A stretch of DNA of 64,000 bases, taken from Octopus sinensis. Taxonomy: Eukaryota. The position numbers were made by a program, and so were the translations under genes. Below, one piece after another: positions 54,646 to 64,000 of the stretch. Below the pieces are notes generated by a model. That model saw only the letters and a list, made by a program, of their open reading frames with translations, was not told the DNA's origin and did not search any database. Location of the stretch: NCBI RefSeq assembly GCF_006345805.1, contig NC_042998.1, positions 6,820,001 to 6,884,000 of the forward strand. The letters are read 5' to 3'. Every line of letters starts with the position of its first letter. The stretch's first letter is position 1.

Positions 54646-56120
54646 CATCATCATCATCATCATCATTTAGCGTCCGTTTTCCATGCTAGCATGGGTTGGA
54701 CGGTTCTACTGGGGTCTGTGAAGCCAGAAGGCTTCATCAGGCCCAGTCAAATCTGGCAGTGTTTCTACGGCTGGATGCCCTTCCTAACGCCAACCACTCC
54801 GTGAGTGTAGTGGGTGCTTTTTACGTGCCACCCGCACTGGTGCCAGACAGAGCTGGCAAACGGCCACGAACGGATGGTGCTTTTTATGTGCCACCGGCAC
54901 GAGGGCCAGGAGAGGCTGGCAACGGACACGAAACGGGGCGGTGCTGGCAACGGTCGCGAAACGGAAAGTTCTCTTACATGCCACCGGCACTGGTAACACA
55001 TCCACAATTTCCATTGATCGATTTCGATTCTGATCCTCACTTGCCTCAATGGGTCTTCACAAGCAGAGTTTCGACATGCCACCGGCACTGGTAGCACATC
55101 CGCAATTTCCATTGATCGATTTCGATTCTGATCCTCACTTGCCTCAACACGTCTTCACAAGTAGAGTTTTGTGTCCCAAGAAGGGAAGGTATGCATACGT
55201 AGGCTGGCTCCATCCCATGTAGAAGGCCACGGGTTGTGGACTCACTTGTCCTGCCGGGTCTTCTCGCGCACAGCACACTTCCAGAGGTCTCGGTCTCTAG
55301 TCATTTCCTCAGTGAGACCTAAAGTTCGAAGGTCGTGCTTCACCACCTCGTCCCAGGTTTTCCTGGGTCTGCCTCTTCCACAGGTTCCCTCAACCGCTAG
55401 GGTGTGGCACTTTTTCACACAACTATCTTCATCCATTCTCGCCACATGACCATACCAGCGCAAACGTCTCTCTTGCACACCACAACTGATGCTTCTTAGG
55501 TCCAGCTTTTCTCTCAAGGTACTTACACTCTGCCGAGTGTGAGTACCGGCATTACACATCCATCGGAGCATACTGGCTTCATTTCTAGCGAGCTTACGCA
55601 TATCCTCAGCAGTCACGGCCCATGTTTCACTGCCATGTAGCATGGCTGTTCGTACACACGCATCATACAGTCTGCCTTCACTCTGTGCGAGAGGCCTTTT
55701 GTCACCAGCAGAGGTAAGAGCTCTCTGAACTTTGCCCAAGCTATTCTTACTCTAGCAGTTACACTTTCAGCACACCCGCCCCCGCTGCTGACTTGGTCAC
55801 CTAGGTAACGGAAACTATCAACTATTTCTAGTTTTTCTCCCTGGAAAGTGACGGAAGTTGGTCTCAGAGCATTTTCAGTGTTTATTGTTCCTGAGCATCT
55901 GCCACATACAAAAACCATCTTCCTAGTTAGCCTTCCTTTGACATTGCTGCATCTCTTATGTGTCCATAGCTTACACTTGGTGCATCTTATAGAATTTCTA
56001 CCTACACCTTTTCTACAGATCGAGCAGGGCCATCTACCTGAAGGTGTTTGTGATTTGTCTACCTTCCTACTGATTACGACTTTGGTTTTAGCTAGATTGA
56101 CTCTGAGGCCCTTCGATTCT
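54646..56120 (-). mobile_element. 5'-truncated RTE-clade non-LTR retrotransposon (~1.5 kb) with ~600-bp 3' UTR and (GAT)n tail
   Basis: RT C-terminal coding region, stop at 55242-55244, 3' UTR, and (ATG)n tail at 54646-54666; inserted within an (AT)n microsatellite. Confidence 0.95.
55242..56120 (-). pseudogene. RTE reverse transcriptase C-terminal half, one frameshift near 55675
   Basis: ESKGLRVNLAKTKV...FRYLGDQVSSGGG...RVRIAWAKFREL / GRLYDACVRTAMLHGSETWA...RRLRWYGHVARM...GRGRPRKTW...RDRDLWK (track ORFs 55613..56434 and 55242..55739). Confidence 0.93.
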
Positions 56121-56193
56121 ATATATATGTATATATGATATACACACGTATGTATATATATATTCATGTGTATATATGTATATATGTATGAAC

Positions 56194-56227
<34 letters not shown>

Positions 56228-56869
56228 GTATGTATTTATGCGTGGAAAAATACTTGGGTTTTCAACTGACATTTGTCTTCTTCTTGTTATCAACGTAATG
56301 AAAATGTAGTTGATCCAAATTGAGAGAAGCCATTCTGGTGGTTTACAAGGAACTGGCAGTTGCATGGATTTGTCAGGTGGGATGATAGCAAATGTTATAA
56401 AAGTGTTTTTGTTATTAATTGGTATTGGTTTCAAAAATAGCTCTTCAATTTAGTTCTTTGCCTTAAATTCCCAATTTTTGCTGATTTTTAACTCAATTAT
56501 GACTTTAATTTATTTTTCAAACCTTATAGTTATTTAAAAAAATTTTTTTTGTTTATTTTCAATAAAGTTTACCTTTATCAGGAGTTTCAGAAAATTTTTA
56601 ATCAGAGATGGCTAATAGCTTCTATGGCTTCTAAGTTTTATCTGAATATATTTTTAGTTGCAGCTATTTAAATTTTCTCGTTTGCTTTTTTTTAAAGAAA
56701 TTCACTTCCTTTTCTCTTTACTTTTTCTTTCTTCTTTCTCTTTTCTCCTTTCATTCTTCTTTCCCCCTTCTCTATCCTTTTCTATTTCATATCAATATTA
56801 TCTGTTATGCTTCCACACAAACAAATACACACACATGATCATATTACTATTATTATTATTATTATAAAG

Positions 56870-57030
56870 GTGACAAGCTGGCAGAGTGGTTAGCACAGCA
56901 GACAGAATGGTTAGCAACATTTCATCCACCTTTACATTCCGAGTTCAAATTCCACTGGGGTCAACTTTGCCTTTTATCCCTTTGGAGTTGATAAAATAAA
57001 CACCAGTTGAGCACTGGTGTTGATATAATC
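56870..57030 (+). mobile_element. SINE group C, diverged
   Basis: aagctggcagagtggttagc...gagttcaaattcc...actttgccttttatccc. Confidence 0.7.
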
Positions 57031-57035
57031 AATAT

Positions 57036-57370
57036 GGTGAAGGCGCATGACTCAGTGGTTAGAGCGTTGAGCTTAAGATTGGGAGGTTGTGAGTTTGATT
57101 CCTGACCAGGCTGTTTGTTGTGATCTTGAGCAAGATACTTTATTTCATGTTGCTCCAGTTAACTCAACTATAGAAATGAGTTGCGACATCACTGGTGCCA
57201 AGCTGTATTGGCCTTTGCTTTTACCTTGGATAACATCAGTGGTGTGGAGAGAGGAGGCTGGTATGCACGAGCAACTGCTAGCCTTCCACAAATAATCTTG
57301 CCCGGACTTGTGCCTCAGAGGGTAATTTTCTAGGTGCAATCCCATGGTCATTCAGGACCGAAGGGGTCTC
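57036..57370 (+). mobile_element. SINE group B (tail type iv)
   Basis: ggtgaaggcgcatgactcagtggttagagcg...gagtttgattcc...gtgatcttgagcaagatact...gtgcaatcccatggtcattcaggaccgaagggg. Confidence 0.8.
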
Positions 57371-58222
57371 CATTACTATCATTATCATTATTACTGAAGA
57401 TAGTGAGCTGGCAGAATCGGTAGAAAGCCAGACAAAAATGCTCAGTGGCATTTCTTCTGGTCCTTTACATTCTGAGATCAAATCCTACTGAGGTCAGCTT
57501 TGTCTTTCATCCTTTCAAGGTTGCTAAAATAAGTATCATTTGAACACTGGGGGGTCGGACATTATGTTTGTTTTCCTCAGGTCCGCAAACTTCAGATGTA
57601 AAGTACATGTTTTTGTTTGTTTTTTTGTTGGACAGAAGCAATGTAGATTTTTGTATGGTATTGGTAACTGTCTTTATTTACTACAGCTGTTTAAAGTAGA
57701 ATGATTGTGTTTTAGAAATTGAGGTTAGTGTTCCACCATTATTGATTATATAATTGCCCTCCCTCCTCGTTCTTGAGAGATATGTAACCTAAGGTTTGAA
57801 TTCTATGGGTATTTATTAATGCTCTTAATTCCTTTCAGGCAATATGGTGGTTCTCATGTATAGCAACAATGTCGTAAAACATTTGTTGTTTCTCTATCAA
57901 CAATCACACCAACACGTCTTCTGTGTTTTATGAACCTGTCTAGATTTGATTTTAAAAGTCCCCATAATGATCATATTTGCTGCCTACTACTTGCAAAGGC
58001 ATGTAGCCTAGTGGTCAAGGTGTTTGGTTCATGATTATAAGATCATGGGTTCAATTCCTGGATGGGTAGTGAACTGTGTCCTTGAACAAGACACTTCATT
58101 TCATACTGTTGCAGTCTGTTCAGTTACTGTAAATGACTTCAGTGTGCTAACGATTCTGCCAGCTCACTGCCCTGATAGAAAGAAAAATAAACTGTAAAAG
58201 AAGCCGTATCGAAAACTGTATT

Positions 58223-58636
58223 TATTTCTTTATTGCCCACAGGGGGCTAAACACAGAGGGGACAAACAAGGACAGACAAAGGGATTAAGTCGATTACATC
58301 AACTCCAGTGCATAACTGGTACTTATTTAATTGACCCCCAAAAGGATGAAAGGCAAAGTCGACTTTGGTGGAATTTGAACATTGAAGGTAACAGCAGACG
58401 AAATACCTATTTCTTTACTACCCACAAAGGGCTAAACACAGAGGAGATAAACAAGGAGAGACAGACGGATTAAGTCAATTATATCGACCCCAGTGCATAA
58501 CTGGTACTTAATTTATCGACCCCAAAAGGATGAAAGGCAAAGTCAACCTCGGTGGAATTTGAACTCAGAATGTAATGGCAGACGAAATACTGCTAAGCAT
58601 TTCACCCGGCGTTCTAACGTTTCTACCAGCTTGCCT
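58223..58636 (-). mobile_element. SINE group C head-to-tail dimer
   Basis: Full copy at 58408-58636, followed on the minus strand by a headless second unit at 58223-58407 that starts at the internal ggtatttcgtctg. Confidence 0.9.
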
Positions 58637-59164
58637 AAACTGTATTGAACACGAAAAAAAAACAACAAAGTTTTTATTTAAAATAACAACAAAATTCATG
58701 TCAACAGGGAAAAGAGCTGATGTATTGATGATGATGATGATGATGATGTCAATGATGATGATTTCAGAATATAATTTCAAAAACTTACTACAGAATAAAT
58801 AAACAATCTAAAAACAGAGGAAAAAAAAACTTCCATTTGACTGACTTCATAACCGTTACTTCATTCACCACCAACCACATCAAGGTAACAACAACAACAT
58901 CATTAACAACAATAATGACAAGGACAAAAGCATGAATCATTTTCAATATGCAACAGCTGTGAATGAAGGAAGGCAGCGGAGGGAGAGTAGTGGAGGGAGG
59001 GAGAGAAACACAACAATGCTTTAAGTCTCAAGGTCTTTATTGGAAAATAAATATGTCAGCTGTGATATAAAAGGATCGAGATAGGAATACATAACTGTGT
59101 GACCAAATATAGGTCAGATGTAACTGTTGTCTTGTGTTGCTGCTATTTCTAGCAAATTTTGATC

Positions 59165-59521
59165 ATGGCTGTGTGGTAAGTAGCTTGCTAACCAACCACA
59201 TGGTTCCGGGTTCAGTCCCACTGCGTGGCATCTTGGGCAAGTGTCTTGTGAGTAGATTTGGTAGACGGAAACTGAAAGAAGCCTGTCGTATATATGTATA
59301 TATATATATGTGTGTGTGTCTGTGTTTGTCCCCCTAGCATTGCTTGACAACCGATGTTGGTGTGTTTATGTCCCTGTCACTTAGCGGTTCGACAAAAGAG
59401 ACCGATAGAATAAGTACTGGGCTTACAAAGAATAAGTCCCGGGGTCGATTTGCTCGACTAAAGGCGGTGCTCCAGCATGGCCGCAGTCAAATGACTGAAA
59501 CAAGTAAAAGAGTAAAAGAGT
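59165..59521 (+). mobile_element. SINE group A, young, with ~30-bp internal deletion
   Basis: gtgtctt joins directly to gtgagtagatttgg; otherwise near-identical to the 17924 copy. Confidence 0.9.
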
Positions 59522-59791
59522 ATACCTTCTCCCAAGTTCTCTAATATTTTTACTGGTGTTTTTGTTGTTATTGTCATTATTGTCGCTACTGTTGTTGTTT
59601 AACACTAGGTCAACCCTTATTGAGGACACCTACGATCAAAGGCATTACAGCCATGGCCATTCCATATACATCTTATGCTGTTTTAATGAAGATATGCTAT
59701 CCAGATGTATTTAGGACTACGTTATGAAATGTGCTTCCATCTATACGATATATGTCGGTGGCTGTGAGGTAAGAAGCTTGCTTTCCAACCA

Positions 59792-60731
59792 CATGAGAAA
59801 AATTTCTGCCAGGATTGGATGGTGAACACTCAGAACAGCTGTTGGCTTGCTGTCTCCCCAAAACGTGTACCAAGAATGAAAAAAAAATCAAACATCCAGT
59901 CAACATCATGGTGTTTGGAGTGATCACTAGTGATGGCAACATTATGCCTTCATTCATCTTCCCACCCAGCCTCAGATTTAACACAGAAGCCGACATCAAG
60001 TGTCTGGAGGAGGTAGGGCTGCCCTAAGTCAAGAGGGTGACTGCAGTAAGACCCTATTTCTGGAAACAGGACTCTCCACCGTGCCACACAAGCAGGAGAA
60101 CCCAGTCATGGCTGTCAGGTAATTTCTGCGACCACACCACCCCTAATTCCCCAGATTGCACCACCACCCAACTTCCCAGACTACAGACCCTTCATTATTA
60201 TGTGTGGAGTGCAGTTGAGCAAGAGACCAACAAAAGTCCTTGTAACACCAAAGATGAACTGAAGGCAAGGATTATTGCAGCATTCACCAACTTAAATGAG
60301 GAGACCGTCCAGAAGAGTTGCAGGAGATTCTGAAGTCGTCTGGAGGCCATGGTTGAAGCCAATGGCGATTTTATTGAATAAGTTTACTCTTTAGTATTTC
60401 AGTTAGTTAGTTAGTTAGTTAATTTTTTGGCTCAAAAAGCAAAAAGCAAGGCCATGTAGGGGGGCATGGAGTTATGTACAGGGAGGGTGTTCATGTAAAG
60501 AGTTCAGGCCACTTGTGGTCAAGGGAGACTTTGAACCGGGCGGTCGTTGGCATCCTCACCATCTCGTCTGGCAGCTTATTCCACGGATTCGATTGAGATG
60601 AAATCGTCGCAGATAGAGCTTTTCGGAATGACCCCCCCCCCCCCAGCCGACGCTCTGGAGCAGGAGTGATGCTCAGCTCTTTTGAGAGGTTACACTTTCC
60701 GCTTAGACAACAATTTATGCACCGCACCCTG
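59792..60731 (+). mobile_element. Decayed Tc1/mariner (maT/DD37D-like) transposon, 3' half
   Basis: 59792-60381 reads EKNFCQDWMVNTQN..WLAVSP...KHPVNIMVFGVITSDG...WKQDSPPCHTSRRTQSWL...NSPD...YYVWSAVE...ELKARI...SCRRF*SRLEAMVEANGDFIE*. Right end caccgcaccctg|TA at 60731-60733. Confidence 0.88.
60401..60690 (-). mobile_element. CR1-type LINE 3' end nested in the mariner element
   Basis: Minus strand reads NPWNKLPDEMVRMPTTARFKVSLDHKWPELF*, then a short UTR and an (AACT)n tail at 60401-60421. Confidence 0.8.
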
Positions 60732-61072
60732 TACATATACATAAAATAGATAAAAATACAAATGTGGATAGATACATGTCAACATGTATATAAGTAATCA
60801 TGTCTATCTGCATCACCGTCTTCATATCAGTTCACATGGATTTCTCTTTTAGTCAATCTTTACCCCATGGACTTAATTCTCCATAAAAACTTTGGAGTCT
60901 AAGTTCAAATCACTTGAGCATTTCCATGTGTTTTCTATAGTGAGCATCTAAGCAACAGACTAAGGGTCTGTAACTTCTTGCTGAGCAACCAGCGGAGATG
61001 ATTTATTTACAGTGCTCACATATCAATGCTGCTTGTGAGCTCACTTCTCTCTCCATCAAATTAACATTGCCT

Positions 61073-61237
61073 TGGCTGTGTGGTAAGTAGCTTGTTTACC
61101 AACCACATGGTTCTGGGTTCAGTCCCACTGCGTGGCACCTTGGGCAAGTGTCTTCTACTATAGCCTCAGGCCAACCAAAGCCTTGTGAGTGGATTTGGTA
61201 GACGGAAACTGAAAGAAGCCTGTCGTATATATGTATG

Positions 61238-61268
<31 letters not shown>

Positions 61269-61470
61269 TTGTGTGTCTGTGTTTGTCCCCCTAGCATTGC
61301 TTGACAACCGCTGCTGGTGTTTTTATGTCCCTGTTACTTAGCGGTTCGGCAAAAGAGACCAATAGAATAAGTACTGGGCTTACAAAAGAATAAGTCCCGG
61401 GGTCGAGTTGCTTGATTAAAGGCGGTGCTCCAGCATGGCCGCAGTCAAATGACTGAAACAAGTAAAAGAG
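61073..61470 (+). mobile_element. SINE group A, young
   Basis: ggctgtgtggtaagtagcttg...gactgaaacaagtaaaagag. Confidence 0.92.
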
Positions 61471-61682
61471 AGGTGTATGGGTGTGCCACATGTTGGATGT
61501 CAAAGCAATTGCAGAGCGAACTGAAATGAAGTATTTTCCTTAAGAACACAATGCATTGACTGGTCTGGGAATTTAAACCACAATCATGAGTGCAACACCT
61601 TAACCATTAAGTCATGTGCTTTTACATATTTCATCATCGTCACCATCGTTTAATGTCTGCTTTCCAGGCTGGTATGGTTTGG

Positions 61683-61910
61683 ACGAGCTGGCAGAAACGT
61701 TAGCACACCGGGCGAAATGCTTAGCGGTATTTCATCTGCGTTACGTTGTGAGTTCGAATTCCGCCGAGGTCGACTTTGCCTTTCATCCTTTCAGGGTCGA
61801 TAAATTAAGTACCAGTTACGCACTGGGGTCGATGTAATCGACTTAATACCTGTCTCTGTCCTTATTTGTCCCCTCTGTGTTTAGCCCCCTGTGGGTAGTA
61901 AAGAAATAGG
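61683..61910 (+). mobile_element. SINE group C, near full length
   Basis: gagctggcagaaacgttagc...gagttcgaattccgccgaggtcgactttgcctttcatcctttcagggtcgataaattaagtacc...gtagtaaagaaata. Confidence 0.9.
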
Positions 61911-62431
61911 TTTGAGATTGATATGGCTAGCAGGGAGCTGTCCAGAGTCCAGCTGTCTGTTGAGACATGGTTTCTATGGTTGGAGATGTGTGTGTGTGTG
62001 TGTGTGTGTCTCTACAAGCATATATACATGTAGACCATTTCTGAAGACTGTGAAATATGATTTGAGGGAGATTACTTTAACATTTCTATAATGATGTCCG
62101 ACTGTTATTTGTTTATGATGACAATTAAGCCCTAATTAACACTTTAATTAAGTAATATGTGATAGCTTAGTTTCCAATACCTAAAATGGTGATGAGTTGG
62201 TAGGGGTCAAAGTTGAGTTTTATATCCTTATTCATTTTGTTGTTCGTGTGAAGGAGTTGAAATGAATTGCTGCTAAACGCAAAATGGCCAGGATCCACTT
62301 AATCAATTGTGTTACCTCTGTAAAAAATCTGTGGCCTTCTGCTAAGGCTACAAATCAATACTGTTTATGATTTTGATCTCTCTCTCTTTCTCTCTCTCTT
62401 TCTCACTCTTTCTCTCTCTCTTTCTCAGTCT

Positions 62432-62478
<47 letters not shown>

Positions 62479-63324
62479 ATTTATCTATCTATATATATAT
62501 ATGTATATTTCATATTTATACATTTACCTATCAATTTATCTACCTTTTTGTCTCACCTTCTTTATTGCATTCACATTTCTCTTGTTATTTAATGTACATC
62601 TCAAATATTTGATTGTGTGTGTGTTTGTGTGTGTCCATGTGTGTGTGACATAAAGGTGTGCTTGTGTGCACTTGCGTGCATGTGCATGTTAACTTGTCTA
62701 GATGTGTGGTCGTGCGTGTGTGTCTAAGCAGATGTCCTCTGTATGCTTGCTGTTGTTTTTCTTTTTCCCTCCGCAATATTGTCAGAGGTTGAATGGTTTT
62801 GCAAACTCAAGCATTAACATAAATTTATTTCTGTACATTATAAAACAGATAACTAAGACAAGCATTCAACCATAAATTAAATATTGTTTGCATTTACCTG
62901 TTTGATATACTTTTCAAAAGAGTATAGAATTCTTTCTGGAGTAATATTCATGCATATTTATTTTGTGAGTGTGTGTGTACGAGTGAGTGATATATGTACA
63001 CAAATACATATATGTCTACATAGGTATGTATATATGTGTATATATATATAATCTTCATCATTTAATGTCCACTTTTTCATGCTTGCATGGGTCGGGCAGA
63101 AGTTATTAATGCAGATTTTCTACAGGTGGATACTTTTAATGTCATCAACCCTCACCTGATTCCAAGCAACATATTATTTCCTTACTGCTAGATATGTCTT
63201 TCACAGAAGACTGGGAATGAACCAGATTGTTTGTGTGATGATTTTATAACCATAACATGACAAGGAGACTCACAAAGCAAGACAAGGGTACACGCAAAAC
63301 ACAGACCTGAAAAAAGACCACACC

Positions 63325-63465
63325 ACACATTAGGAAGGGCATCCAGTCATAGAAACTATGCCAAGGATGACACAAGGGCTTGACACAGTCCTGCAGCTTG
63401 CCGGTTCCCTGTCAAATTGTCCTACCCATGCCAGCATGGAAAACAGATGTTAAATGATGATAATA
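63325..63465 (+). mobile_element. RTE LINE 3'-end copy
   Basis: ttaggaagggcatccagtc...catgccagcatggaaaacagatgttaaatgatg. Confidence 0.75.
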
Positions 63466-63487
63466 ATGAAATATATATTTATTAGGG

Positions 63488-63764
63488 TGGAGGTGCAATG
63501 GCCCAGTGGTTAGGGCAGCAGACTCGCGGTCGTAGGATCGTGTGTGTTTATTGAGCGAAAACATCTAAAAGCTCCACGACGCTCCGGCAGGGGGTGGTGA
63601 TCCCTGCTGTACTCTTTCACCAATCTTTCTCCCACTCTTTCGTCTGTTGGCCTGCTCGCTTAGCCAGCGGGGTGGCGTCATTCAAAGGCTAAAACAATGT
63701 GAAGCGCATTGTGACCAGCGATGTGTAGCAACATCTGATGGTCTGGTCGGTCACGTGATGTGTG
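63488..63764 (+). mobile_element. tRNA-derived SINE group B (tail type i) with 13-bp TSD
   Basis: TSD atatttattaggg at 63475-63487 and 63765-63777; A box tggcccagtgg present, B-box region deleted. Confidence 0.92.
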
Positions 63765-64000
63765 ATATTTATTAGGGGTTTCTTCTCATTTCCATCAAAA
63801 GAACTCATTTACAAGACTTTAGTTAGTTTAGGGCTATAAAAGAAGATACTTGCTCAAGGTATATTGCAGTGGAACTGAACCTGAGACCACATGACTGGGA
63901 ATGCTTCCTTGCATTTTAACCCCACAGCACAGCTACACCAATTAGCCAAGGCTTCACCTATGTATGTGTGTCATTATTCAGTTTATTTCAAGATTTCTTG

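Overview
AT-rich eukaryotic genomic DNA saturated with microsatellites ((AT)n, (AC)n, (ATAG)n, (ATC)n, (ATT)n, (ACT)n, (AG)n, (AACT)n) and interspersed repeats. The repeat repertoire looks like an octopus (coleoid cephalopod) genome; this is recognition from memory, not a database result. I could not identify any host protein-coding exon with confidence. Almost all ORFs in the track are microsatellite read-through or repeat consensus, so the window is probably intergenic or part of a very large intron. Supportable content: (1) a 5'-truncated RTE-clade LINE (54646-56120, minus) with a PHD-like finger inside the RT, whose 3' end recurs as about 10 short copies; (2) decayed LINE coding remnants (RTE, Tx1/L1, CR1 types); (3) a decayed maT/DD37D-type Tc1/mariner element with a nested CR1 3' end; (4) a non-autonomous Helitron; (5) two TTAA-flanked piggyBac-like MITE families; (6) three SINE groups, here labelled A, B and C, with swapped 3' tails; (7) a 679-bp near-identical tandem duplication. 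The most unusual items are a ~70-bp repeat array whose units each encode the PD-(D/E)xK restriction-like endonuclease motif of R4/Dong-type retrotransposons (16316-16610), a SINE flanked by 150-bp direct repeats (8501-9030), a direct LINE-SINE tail match (13375-13430 versus 10795-10853 and 63705-63764), and a pair of CTCF-like motifs (27009-27086). Most TE boundaries are approximate (within about 10-20 bp) unless a TSD or TIR is quoted.
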